Shown here piece after piece: positions 28,284-37,701 of a stretch of 64,000 bases of DNA. The position numbers and the translations under genes were made by a program. The DNA is from a virus (lineage: Duplodnaviria; Caudoviricetes). The stretch lies in IMG/VR virus record IMGVR_UViG_2879636102_000002, positions 1 through 64,000 of that record. One strand, 5' to 3'. Numbering within the stretch: the first letter of the stretch is position 1; each line of letters begins with the position of its first letter. The notes under the pieces are model-generated. The model made no database searches, was not told the origin of the DNA, and saw nothing but the letters and a program-made list of their open reading frames with translations.

Positions 28284-29234
28284 CTAAAGTATTGCGACTC
28301 TCATGGACCTGTATCGACTCATGTTTTTTTCGTACCATGCCTTGAGATAGTTAGTCAATTCTAAGATTCGGGCTCCATACATCGAGCTCGTCGCAGACTG
28401 AGTTGTGCTGACAGATTCATGTAGAACACCAACCCCAACCGAAAAACTTGCAACGGCGGCAGCGCGTCCATCTCCGTATATCGACATTACTTTAATGGCT
28501 GTTATAAGACCAATAACCTCTCTTAATTCCGCTGGAACTCGATACGCAGAATCATATCCAGAGATAAAATCAATATAGTGAGTAGTTGGAATTTTCGTTG
28601 GGCTCATCCCTTGAAAAACTCTTTGCGATCGAAGCGCTGCGTTACCAGAAAAGGAGACATTAGATCCAAGAATCCCGATAGAACGTAAAATTCCTTGGTC
28701 ATATACTATTCTCGCTCTCTTTTGGAAATCAACGATTGTGGTTGTCGGTTCATTGTTCATGTCCCGGCCAATTGGATTAACGAACTGCCAAGTAATTAGT
28801 CTTTGAAGTGGTTTTTTTCGCAATTCTACAAAGAAATTATTACCAAGATCGGAATTCTGATAATCGTGAGCATCATACCACTTTGCATGAGGCTCGATTA
28901 ACCTTGAAAGGTTCCCTTTTGGTCTATGCCTATAGATTGTCGGATAGATTTCGTGCTCCAACTCCTCAGAAATCGCAAGTGTAACCTGATCTACGAATCC
29001 TTTTAAATTTTCGTCTGTGATATATGATCCATCAACCGTCACCAATCGACCGTTACCCGACATCAAAGAATATCGTATTTCATCGGGAGTTACAATTGCT
29101 CCCCACCCACCGGTCTTAGGAATCGATGGATCGATTTCACCTGGGTTTTCAGTAGCATACAGCCTTTCCAAAAGGTGCCTGTTTGCATTTTCGTCGGGAT
29201 TTTGGAATAGAAAACCTTTAAACGGTCGCACCAT
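28284..29234 (-). CDS. Probable head-tail adaptor
   Basis: 'IDFISGY...VPAELREVI...SFSVG...S' adaptor-like motif; RBS AAAGGT. Confidence 0.55.
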   Translation of the reverse strand: MVRPFKGFLFQNPDENANRHLLERLYATENPGEIDPSIPKTGGWGAIVTPDEIRYSLMSGNGRLVTVDGSYITDENLKGFVDQVTLAISEELEHEIYPTIYRHRPKGNLSRLIEPHAKWYDAHDYQNSDLGNNFFVELRKKPLQRLITWQFVNPIGRDMNNEPTTTIVDFQKRARIVYDQGILRSIGILGSNVSFSGNAALRSQRVFQGMSPTKIPTTHYIDFISGYDSAYRVPAELREVIGLITAIKVMSIYGDGRAAAVASFSVGVGVLHESVSTTQSATSSMYGARILELTNYLKAWYEKNMSRYRSMRVAIL

Positions 29235-29285
29235 ATTTTTTACCTTTAATGAAACCTAAGATGATATTTGAGCAGAGTTTGACAT

Positions 29286-29322
29286 GGGAAGTGACAAGGG
29301 CATCCCCCAGGCGAGAATTCAA
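29286..29322 (-). promoter_or_regulatory. Putative late promoter copy 5
   Basis: TTGAAT-N18-CTTGTC-ACTTCCC-ATG; this ATG opens a 9-codon mini-ORF. Confidence 0.8.
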
Positions 29323-29335
29323 GCTTTTTTCGGTT

Positions 29336-30490
29336 TCAGTCAGTCGCCACCGAACGATAAATTGATTCGCGGAAGATTCTACCAAGATCAAGCCTTGTCT
29401 GATTAATCCTCCCAATAAATTTTCTCGGTTGGATACGTTCTGCCAGAGCTGAGGCCGTTGTATCTGGCATAATCGTATATCTAGGATTATATTGGTACAC
29501 ACAAACTATTCTTTCTGGAAGAGTACCAGCATTGATGCGAGCATATCTACTGTCTTCTATCCAAAAGTCTTCATACTCGATAGAATCGGTATAGACGGCC
29601 ACAATCTCTCTGAGTGGGCTGTATTTGACAGGGTAACGTCCTTCTTTATCTTTTTCCAAGATTTCTTTCTCTGTTCGAAGCGTACGAAGTGGAATCAGTA
29701 TATCATCTTTTGAAATGTTTAATCCGGAACCAACAACGATATCAATATCACCTGACTGGACATCTATCATTTTCTCTGCTAATCGAGCATCTTTGGTATC
29801 GATAGTTTTATAACCAATTTTAATTGGAGAAAATGTGACGTAGCTTAATAAATATCTTCGGCTTGCCTCTGCCACTGTCTCACATGAGATTTTGGTAAAA
29901 TCATATTTAAATCCAATCTCATCATAACCTGATTTGTCGAGACGTTCTCTCCAAACAGAATCGACCATTACGATGATATCATCCTGGACAGGATGGAGTA
30001 AAAAACCGTCCTCTTCTTGTATAAATGAAACATTTTCAAATTTTGTAAATGATTCGATATCATAATCGCAATCCAATTGATAATATTCCTGGAATTCAAT
30101 ATTTGGTTTTAGCTTAATTCTATTGTGCTCAAAACTCTCAATTGAGAGATTAAAATTCCCTCCGAAATCTTCATTCCGAAACACTTTCAGAGATCTGATT
30201 TTGGATATTGGTCCGTATTTCGTTTGAACAACATTGTCATCATAAAACATCGGATTTAAAGTTTCCGTTGGCATCCTTCGATAACGTTCGATTCGATACA
30301 GTTGAGAATCACTTCCAGGAATCGCCATTTTTGTTTCGTCTAGATCTCCTATATTAGGAATTGCGCGGATCCAAATTGCAGGCTCGCCTTGCCTACTGAT
30401 GAGATCATCTGGAGGATTAGGATTAAATACTGAAGGTGCAGGGGTAACTCCAAATGGATTCCCGCCACCAGAAAGATATTGCTTTGCCAT
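29336..30490 (-). CDS. Probable head completion / neck protein
   Basis: 384 aa, last gene of the portal operon. Confidence 0.45.
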   Translation of the reverse strand: MAKQYLSGGGNPFGVTPAPSVFNPNPPDDLISRQGEPAIWIRAIPNIGDLDETKMAIPGSDSQLYRIERYRRMPTETLNPMFYDDNVVQTKYGPISKIRSLKVFRNEDFGGNFNLSIESFEHNRIKLKPNIEFQEYYQLDCDYDIESFTKFENVSFIQEEDGFLLHPVQDDIIVMVDSVWRERLDKSGYDEIGFKYDFTKISCETVAEASRRYLLSYVTFSPIKIGYKTIDTKDARLAEKMIDVQSGDIDIVVGSGLNISKDDILIPLRTLRTEKEILEKDKEGRYPVKYSPLREIVAVYTDSIEYEDFWIEDSRYARINAGTLPERIVCVYQYNPRYTIMPDTTASALAERIQPRKFIGRINQTRLDLGRIFRESIYRSVATD

Positions 30491-30951
30491 TAGTTATATT
30501 TCCCACCATTCCGCTCGATTACCTCTTTTGCGGATTCTATTACTGCGAGTTTTTGTTCCTGATTAAATGTTGATCCAGATACATCGAGATAGATTTCTTC
30601 TCCGGCTTTCCTCACAGAGAGCAGAACTATTCCGAGAGTTTCAAACTCATCCGTGTCCATTTCATTTCTGTATTTAGATACTGCACTTTTAGGATCTAAA
30701 AATTCTGTCATCTCAGAGAAGGCCATTGCATCGAGAACGACTTCTCTACCAGAACGTTGTGGAGGAGTGGATTTGATATAACTATCAACTCGATCCAAAA
30801 TATCTTTGAGCATGAGCCAATACTTCTTTTCCCAAGGATCCTCGATCGGTGTAATATCGTGCCATGTTGCGTGACGCTTATTTGCGTCTTCAAACTTTTT
30901 TATAATAACACGTCTAAGAAATTCTAAATGGTCTTTATAATGATCTTTCAT
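30490..30951 (-). CDS. Hypothetical protein
   Basis: TAATG-coupled ORF in the portal operon. Confidence 0.6.
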   Translation of the reverse strand: MKDHYKDHLEFLRRVIIKKFEDANKRHATWHDITPIEDPWEKKYWLMLKDILDRVDSYIKSTPPQRSGREVVLDAMAFSEMTEFLDPKSAVSKYRNEMDTDEFETLGIVLLSVRKAGEEIYLDVSGSTFNQEQKLAVIESAKEVIERNGGKYN

Positions 30952-31934
30952 TACATCACTCTTTGCCCTTTTCGGAATACTCCATAATCGATTCCCAATT
31001 CACTCATCGCGCGGATCCTTCCAGCATTGAACGCCATACTTGCTTCTGTCCAGGCAAATCGTCGAAAATTTCTATTCAATCGCAATTGCAGTAATTCGGA
31101 TTCTTTACCATTGAGTAATTCAAGATAAGTTTCCGATGAAATCGTACCATTTTCAACGAGATCCAATAGATCCGGATAAGCAAAATCACTTTGCATTTGT
31201 TCAAGTGTCTTCCCTTCCTGAATTGCCGTAACGATCATATCTCGCCACATTTGTGTTAGATACTCATAAGGCTTTCCACCTCTGACAGGTTGACCATCTT
31301 CGCCATAGATTATTTCACCCTGGTCATCTCGTTTGTAAATCGCTAGCCATTCCGCTCCATGTTCCTTTGCGTATTCTGTTGCGAGCCTTGATACTTCTTT
31401 TTTCGAAACTATTTTTCCTTTCTCAAAAACTTCGTCGATGCCAAACCCAAGTTTATACTTAAGTGCTTTGTCATAATCTTGGATCCCCATTTCAGTAACA
31501 GTTTCCAATGGAAGTTTCAGCTCACCGGTTAGATAACCTGAAAGGTATCCGAGCAATGTTCCAGTTTCACCGATTTCTTTGAAAGTAGGATTCCAATCTT
31601 TTTCTAAATAATCAAACAACCATTCATCGAAGTCCTGATCGGGAGGATCCGGCAAATCATCAAGAACAGTATCCTTCCCAATATTTATAATAGCCGGCCG
31701 TATCTTTCTTGGAAATTGTTTTGCTGTAATAGAAGGAAATATTTTGGAAAAAAGATTCTTCCCCCATTTCAATACACCTTTTTTGAAATATAGTTTCGAT
31801 GCGTACATAGTAGGGGAATCAGGTCCAAGCACGACATATTCTATCCACTTGAGCCGATCCCCAACAATTAACTGAAATTCCCTTCCTGCTTTGCTTCGCA
31901 AAAAGGGGGACTCTTTACCCCAATCGTTTTGCAA
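30951..31934 (-). CDS. MuF/SPP1 gp7-like head morphogenesis protein lacking its C-terminal Cys/His domain
   Basis: 'RRFAWTEASMAFNAGRI' matches the MuF R.iA.TE...A.N.G motif; ORF ends about 20 aa later. Confidence 0.6.
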   Translation of the reverse strand: MQNDWGKESPFLRSKAGREFQLIVGDRLKWIEYVVLGPDSPTMYASKLYFKKGVLKWGKNLFSKIFPSITAKQFPRKIRPAIINIGKDTVLDDLPDPPDQDFDEWLFDYLEKDWNPTFKEIGETGTLLGYLSGYLTGELKLPLETVTEMGIQDYDKALKYKLGFGIDEVFEKGKIVSKKEVSRLATEYAKEHGAEWLAIYKRDDQGEIIYGEDGQPVRGGKPYEYLTQMWRDMIVTAIQEGKTLEQMQSDFAYPDLLDLVENGTISSETYLELLNGKESELLQLRLNRNFRRFAWTEASMAFNAGRIRAMSELGIDYGVFRKGQRVM

Positions 31935-32508
31935 ATTGATCTAACTGCTGTGAGTATAAAGACAACTTTGTAGCATTTGGCAATCCACTAGAAACAACAC
32001 CTTCAAATTCGGAAACAAGTGTCAGATAGTCTTGAGTAGCTGCGAGTTCTACAATTCTATTTGATAATTGGCCGAGAGCCTCAGTTGCATCGGGATTCAC
32101 ACTTCTCACTTTATCCAAAATCGCGCTAATAATCATAGAAACGATTATCGGCTGTGTCTGGTTAGGAGTAGCAAGAAGATCGGAAATCGTGTACCCCAAA
32201 ACCGTTTTCTCTTGCTCACTTAGGTGATCAATTTCCCCTTGAATGTAGCCAATCCCTTGATCTTCCGATCCTTGAGTTTCTTCTTCTACTTCAGGAGGTG
32301 GATTCATTGCTTCCGCTTCATTCGAATCAGAAGGATTTTCCTGATCGAATTCGGGAAGAGTCGCCCCCGTTCCATCCCCAGAAACAATATCTCCGCCTTC
32401 TACCAAGACCGATTGTTCGTTCTCAGTGTTTTCAATTACTTCCTCAGTGATTGTCTCCGGTGTTTCTACAACGGCCACTTGGTCTGTTGTTTCGTTTTTA
32501 TTTTCCAT
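31915..32508 (-). CDS. Acidic hypothetical protein
   Basis: RBS AAGGA; Glu-rich disordered N-terminal half; follows portal. Confidence 0.65.
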   Translation of the reverse strand: MENKNETTDQVAVVETPETITEEVIENTENEQSVLVEGGDIVSGDGTGATLPEFDQENPSDSNEAEAMNPPPEVEEETQGSEDQGIGYIQGEIDHLSEQEKTVLGYTISDLLATPNQTQPIIVSMIISAILDKVRSVNPDATEALGQLSNRIVELAATQDYLTLVSEFEGVVSSGLPNATKLSLYSQQLDQFAKRLG

Positions 32509-32536
32509 GTTTTGTCCTTCTAAATTTTTAAATTAA

Positions 32537-34207
32537 CTATGCATTCGGTAGAAAGTCCTCTTCACCCCAAGGCAATTCTCCTTGGTTACCGGTTGCAACA
32601 GGAGATTGCTCTTCCTCACCACCGCCTTGAGCCTGTTCCTCGTCTGCAAAGACTTTTCCAAACTCCTGACTGAAATATTGATTTCCACGTAAGAGGCCGA
32701 GACGGGCCATTTTCTTTCCCTGCTCTACAGTTATGATTCCGCGAGCTACATAATCTTCCGCTTCCTCTTTCATGGTAGGTAAATCATTTGCTTTCCGTAT
32801 TTCATCTAATGACCGACTAACTTTGAATTGTTTGTCTTCGAGATCTGCTTTTTTGTCCTCTTGCTCTGTTTTCACTCCGATGAAATTCAATGCGATTGGG
32901 CTTTCGTCTCTCGGATCGAAAACTTCATTGAGACAATCTTGATGAAAACTCATGATAGATCCATGAGCTCGGTCTCTTGAAAAATGCTGTCTTCCATCCA
33001 TAGAAGGCTCTGCGAGTGATTGCGATTGATTGAGTCTAAGTCCGAGCTGCGCAGGATCAATTCCGTGTCTTGCAATAATAAATGAAGAAACCATTTGGAG
33101 CATTTTATCGAATTCGAAATCATCCGACACATCCAAGTTATGTACCTGGATTTCTCCAGCACCAAACATCATTGGGATTTTGAATCCTTCTCTCGGTCCA
33201 TAAAAAGCGTTTTCCCAAATGAGCTCGATGCGCTCTTGGTCTCCTTTCGGAATTGCGTTTTTTGAAGAAATAATGGCCTTTGGTGGATTCCTAGAATTGA
33301 ATCTGTCTGCGTTATGTTTTATGGTAAAAAGTAGGGACATGATCTCAACCAAACAAGATTCGATAGGCGAATATCCAAACCCACGCATTCGAATATCGGA
33401 AAGGTTATTCTTATGACGGTAAACAATTCGTCCTGCTTCATAAGTCTCTGTTACAGTGTTGTGCACCATCTGAACGTGAGTGATATTTTTATCGCCTTTG
33501 TATCCTTTTCTTGGATCTACACGGAAAATAGTCGCGGGATCCAGATAACGAACGTCACAGATCTCTCCTGCTCGATTAAAGGTTCTCAAATATGCCACGG
33601 CATCTATTGCAAGAGTGTCCCTAGTCGCCATTTCAAGGACTTCCCCAAGTCGTTCACGTTCTCGCCAATCTGCCTGAGATTTATCTCCCATTAGGAAAAC
33701 ACGATTTGCGAAACTGGCCATCTCTTGCCTTTGCAAATCTGTTGCGGATATGTCCTTTTGCTTTAGTTTGAATTCAAAGCCTGGATCTTCTCCAATTTTG
33801 GCATACATTGAAACATCATCGGCCATGATTTGGTGAATTGCTCCGATGAGAGAAGAAGCATAGGAAATGTTTCTGAGGTCCTCTAATGGGATACGATAGA
33901 TAGGCCTAACACGAATCCCTTGCTGGACAGGGACCACCATATCATCTGAATAAATTGGATTCTTCTTGTCCTTTGCAGTTTCCAGCAAATTAAACATTCG
34001 ATTATTTAATTCAACTGCTTGCTTTACTGTTGATTTTGCAGGTGAGTAAAAAGAGGATTTTCTAAATTCCTCCACAGTCATAGTCCTTGGATCGGAAGAG
34101 GGATCTTCGACTGCTTTAGCCTTACCTTGAACAACCTTCTCTCTTAACTCTGGTGGAGTTCGATAGAATAGATTCTTCTCATAATTTTTCCCACGTGGTC
34201 TCGGCAT
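32537..34207 (-). CDS. Portal protein
   Basis: 'LDPATI', 'RGFGYSPIE', 'D.EF.K......I....GIDPAQLG', 'DEIR'; leaderless ATG. Confidence 0.9.
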   Translation of the reverse strand: MPRPRGKNYEKNLFYRTPPELREKVVQGKAKAVEDPSSDPRTMTVEEFRKSSFYSPAKSTVKQAVELNNRMFNLLETAKDKKNPIYSDDMVVPVQQGIRVRPIYRIPLEDLRNISYASSLIGAIHQIMADDVSMYAKIGEDPGFEFKLKQKDISATDLQRQEMASFANRVFLMGDKSQADWRERERLGEVLEMATRDTLAIDAVAYLRTFNRAGEICDVRYLDPATIFRVDPRKGYKGDKNITHVQMVHNTVTETYEAGRIVYRHKNNLSDIRMRGFGYSPIESCLVEIMSLLFTIKHNADRFNSRNPPKAIISSKNAIPKGDQERIELIWENAFYGPREGFKIPMMFGAGEIQVHNLDVSDDFEFDKMLQMVSSFIIARHGIDPAQLGLRLNQSQSLAEPSMDGRQHFSRDRAHGSIMSFHQDCLNEVFDPRDESPIALNFIGVKTEQEDKKADLEDKQFKVSRSLDEIRKANDLPTMKEEAEDYVARGIITVEQGKKMARLGLLRGNQYFSQEFGKVFADEEQAQGGGEEEQSPVATGNQGELPWGEEDFLPNA

Positions 34208-34244
34208 GGGAAGTGACAAGAAATATAGTTCTCAATCATTGCAA
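34208..34244 (-). promoter_or_regulatory. Putative late promoter copy 6
   Basis: TTGCAA-N18-CTTGTC-ACTTCCC-ATG. Confidence 0.8.
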
Positions 34245-34333
34245 TCGTTTTTTAAGGTTGAAAGTGGGGTTTTAAGGGGTTTTTAAATTCGTTTGAAAAC
34301 GATTTGAAAACAAACTCTGAAAAGGTTGCTTTC

Positions 34334-34903
34334 TTATATTTCATCATCCAATACCCAGGAGACAATATTTTCAACTAAGGAAGACTTATCGATTCCCGGT
34401 AACATTCCTTCTTTGTTAAAGGACAAAATCAAATCCTCCATAAGAACCAAACAATTAACAATTTCCGAAGTATTTTCTTTTATTTCCCTGGCCAATTCAG
34501 CGCGAAAGTTTGCTTTATTAATGTTTTCAGGGTAACCCAAACACAAGTCATGCGCAATAAAGTTTCTCGCTTCTCTTGCTTTATCAAAACGGCCAAAAAA
34601 TCCAATAAATTTATCATTTTCTGTATTTATTTTTGATAATATTTTAATACATCTATCTAAATTAATTTTATCCGCAATTTTCATTATTTGGCTATATAAT
34701 TCATCTGAATTTAAATTTATATTATTAAATTCTTTAAATTTTTCTTTGAAATACTGAGGATACTTTATCACCAATGCTAATAAGAAATTCTTGCAAATTT
34801 TATCAAAGTAAGTAGCCACACAAAGCGCTTTCCCTATGATACTGAAATTTATAATGCTATATTCAGTAAGTTCTGGAGTGTAATAATTAATTCTTTTTTC
34901 CAT
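34334..34903 (-). CDS. HEPN-like protein (possible RNase / abortive infection)
   Basis: RNFIAH (Rx4H) motif in a helical protein; RBS AGGGAG; low GC. Confidence 0.5.
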   Translation of the reverse strand: MEKRINYYTPELTEYSIINFSIIGKALCVATYFDKICKNFLLALVIKYPQYFKEKFKEFNNINLNSDELYSQIMKIADKINLDRCIKILSKINTENDKFIGFFGRFDKAREARNFIAHDLCLGYPENINKANFRAELAREIKENTSEIVNCLVLMEDLILSFNKEGMLPGIDKSSLVENIVSWVLDDEI

Positions 34904-35025
34904 AGACTCTCCCTTTAAGTGTTTGAATGGTCATCACTCATGAAGAGGTAGACTCTACTTCGAATACTTTTACTTTTGAAGCATTATTTCTATTTGAGAT
35001 ACTATGAATTATGAAACAATATGCT

Positions 35026-35053
35026 TCTTCCTATAATGTATATTATGTCACAT
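35026..35053 (+). other. dif-like XerC/XerD recombination site
   Basis: TCTTCCTATAA-TGTATA-TTATGTCACAT; 11-6-11 architecture close to E. coli (GGTGCGCATAA TGTATA TTATGTTAAAT) and Bacillus-type dif. Confidence 0.7.
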
Positions 35054-35069
35054 TACAGATGCTAGATGG

Positions 35070-35281
35070 TGTATAGAAAGGCACATCGGTAACACTTTAG
35101 ATCACTCACATGGGTTACACATTTGCTAGTCAATTCTATACAACAACCTCTGGTATTTCAACACTTTACTCGTATACAAATCTAAAATTCCAAGGATTGC
35201 GTTCGCAAAATAAAGACGACAATGCCTGCCAGAGACCTCTTCAAAGCCAACCAACTCTCCAATAGCAGGAGTCCCAATAAA
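35070..35281 (-). mobile_element. IS481/IS1202-like remnant: transposase C-terminus plus right end
   Basis: Minus strand reads FIGTPAIGELVGFEEVSGRHCRLYFANAILGILD...RID*, followed by sub-terminal repeats TGTAACCCATGT / TGTTACCGATGT and a terminal ...TACA. Confidence 0.6.
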
Positions 35282-35653
35282 GCTTAATTATGATAGTAAA
35301 GGTTCTAGTAAAAATACTGAAATTGCTATTAAAATAAGGATTCGGAATCGCAAGGGCACTTATTAATGTTGCATAAAAGCAGCTAGCCCAATATAATATT
35401 CTTTCGAAGAAATTAATAACATTTTGAAGATGTCAAATTTCTTAATTATAAAGGTGAAAAGAAAAGTTCCGTTTAAAAATCCTGGATGAGTGGAATTATC
35501 AAATTCTAAATTGTTGATGCAGCCGATTTTTTAACAGTATTGTTTTTCCTTAAATTATTTATTAAAACTTGCATCTTACTCGACACAACAATATCAGTTC
35601 AATTGTTGCAAACTTAGACCTGTATCGAAACCATATCAATTCATTATTAATAC

Positions 35654-36262
35654 TTACTTCTTAAGCTTTAAATAAAGGAATACCACTACTCCTATAGAAA
35701 TAAGTAACAAATTCATAAAAACAATATTCCCAATGATGAGAAACATTATTTTTTCATTAATTGATTCTATTTTACTTGAAAGTGATAATTCAGATTCTTG
35801 AATTTTGAAATTCAATTGAATCAACTCATTCTTAAATAAAGGTTCATCATTTGATGGATTTTCTTTTTTTGTTGGCAGAGCAACTGGTATTTTCGTTTTC
35901 TTTACTTCTAGAATCTCTACTTCATCTACTAAATCTTTATTCTTAAGTTCATAATAACGTTGTTGAACTAGTGGGTCTGCGCTCCAAAACTCATAAGCTT
36001 TGGAATAATACTTATAAGCTGTGCTAAACTTTCTTTGAATATAATTCTGATTTCCAAGTTCGATCCAAATTTTCGATTGCAATAAATCATATTCAGGATT
36101 TGAAAACTGCACTTCAGAACGTCTTAAAATTTCCGTTTCTGCTTCTTGAAATTTTTTTTCTTTATACAAGTTTTTCGCTAACTGAAGAGGGTCTTCTACT
36201 TTTTGCGAAAAAAGAGAAAATTGGATCACGAAAGCAGATAGGATTAAATATACTACTTTCAT
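35654..36262 (-). CDS. TPR-containing membrane-anchored protein
   Basis: Signal peptide, TPR-like helices, C-terminal TM helix. Confidence 0.65.
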   Translation of the reverse strand: MKVVYLILSAFVIQFSLFSQKVEDPLQLAKNLYKEKKFQEAETEILRRSEVQFSNPEYDLLQSKIWIELGNQNYIQRKFSTAYKYYSKAYEFWSADPLVQQRYYELKNKDLVDEVEILEVKKTKIPVALPTKKENPSNDEPLFKNELIQLNFKIQESELSLSSKIESINEKIMFLIIGNIVFMNLLLISIGVVVFLYLKLKK

Positions 36263-37701
36263 CTGCTTAAGATAACTGCCTTATGAGAAAATCTCGGTCT
36301 TGGCATTTTTATGGATTCCAATCGCCATGGACCTCCTATAGGATTTGCCAAATCAATAGAGTATATATTATCTGTCGGAATGTTTATACTGGTGGAACCG
36401 CCCATAACATAAGCCCTTCTGTTTTGATAAGATATTTCGATACTTGGATAATAGACTGAAACTGGTAGCACAGGGCCTGCTTGAAAGATATTTGAACTTA
36501 TACCCGTTCTATAGTAATCGTAAGAAGAGGATGGTGTTATCGCAGTTACTGGTTGATTGAAATTGGAAGCTGTACTTCCCCCCACTACTAGAAAACCTTG
36601 AGAATCATTCGGATAAGGATCTGTATTCTTTGGATTATAGCAAACAGTTGCGACGCCATGTCTTGCTTGGTTTATTGAAGCTTCGACTAATGTTGTAGTA
36701 GAATTGGCTGATGGCAAATATACATCTGTGGTAGCATATGAATTTCCATCAGAGTATAAACGTCCTCCGCTGTAAAAAAGAGATCCGTTCATGATACATC
36801 CACCCATATCGAGCCTCGGAAAAATTGCATTATTTGATGTGTATTGAATCCATTGTCCGGCACTTCCTAAACTTGGATTAAAGCGAAAGACTGTATTTAA
36901 GATAGTCCCGGTAGTCATATCCATAGTTGTAGAACCAGAGATTAGATAAACTTCTTCACCATTGGAAACGCCGATTCCCCCTTGCAAATCGATCGGCATA
37001 TCAGCCATTCTTTTCCATTCATTTCTGGCTGTGTCTAATCGCTCGACTATTCTAGATTGTAGCCAAGATGAACCGACTTTCGTAGCTCCGCCAATGACAA
37101 AGATATACCCTTTATGATATACTATCTGTGCAAAGGCTCTTGGCGTAGGTATCTGAGAAACATTTTCAAACCATCGATTTTCAACTGGATCAAATACATC
37201 GATCATTCCTATAGGTTCAAAATTGGATCCAATCCCGCCCAGAATCCAAATCGATCTAAGTCCATTAATTCTATCAAGAAAGTCATTTGATGTTGTCACA
37301 AAGGATTGATTACCACTAGTAACTGCACCTAATTCTTTACAATACACCTGATAATAATATCTAGTATTGGGTTTTAAACTATCGACGATGAAAAGGTGCT
37401 CTTTCCCTTCTCTAATACTAGCTCTTACATTATCTGCACCAAGCAAAGCCCCTATTCCATTCAGCGGAAGTTCTGAAAAAGCCATTAGCCCATTAGTTTT
37501 TTCAGAACACAGGACAAAGATATTTGCACTAGTTTCACCTACATTCGAAACTCCAAATCCTTCGAGCTTTAGTTTTTCTATTGCTCCAGTATCAGAAAGG
37601 GGCGAGTTGTAACAGTTAAACAAAAAAAGAAAAGAAAGATTGATGACTAATATAAATTTCAAAACTTCAACATTCCTTGAATCGTAGGGCCAGAAAAACA
37701 A
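36259..37701 (-). CDS. Kelch-repeat lipoprotein with an Fn3-like domain
   Basis: Spirochaetal lipobox 'LFLFNC', 'LKPNTRYYYQV' Fn3 motif, repeated 'IGG/YSGG/VVGG/VMGG...W' kelch blades. Confidence 0.8.
   Translation of the reverse strand: MFFWPYDSRNVEVLKFILVINLSFLFLFNCYNSPLSDTGAIEKLKLEGFGVSNVGETSANIFVLCSEKTNGLMAFSELPLNGIGALLGADNVRASIREGKEHLFIVDSLKPNTRYYYQVYCKELGAVTSGNQSFVTTSNDFLDRINGLRSIWILGGIGSNFEPIGMIDVFDPVENRWFENVSQIPTPRAFAQIVYHKGYIFVIGGATKVGSSWLQSRIVERLDTARNEWKRMADMPIDLQGGIGVSNGEEVYLISGSTTMDMTTGTILNTVFRFNPSLGSAGQWIQYTSNNAIFPRLDMGGCIMNGSLFYSGGRLYSDGNSYATTDVYLPSANSTTTLVEASINQARHGVATVCYNPKNTDPYPNDSQGFLVVGGSTASNFNQPVTAITPSSSYDYYRTGISSNIFQAGPVLPVSVYYPSIEISYQNRRAYVMGGSTSINIPTDNIYSIDLANPIGGPWRLESIKMPRPRFSHKAVILSR

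Noticed and set aside
29256-29258. Genome-wide TAG recoding
   Set aside because: Many genes end at TAG directly followed by the next start or another stop, and coding density under the standard code is already high.
2988-34219. Several ORFs in the track share an N-terminal 'MSLPM' (or LSFPM, MSSM) peptide
   Set aside because: It is the translation of the DNA promoter motif TTGTCACTTCCCATG from a spurious TTG start. The motif also occurs where it is out of frame (49753) or not linked to a long ORF (29286).
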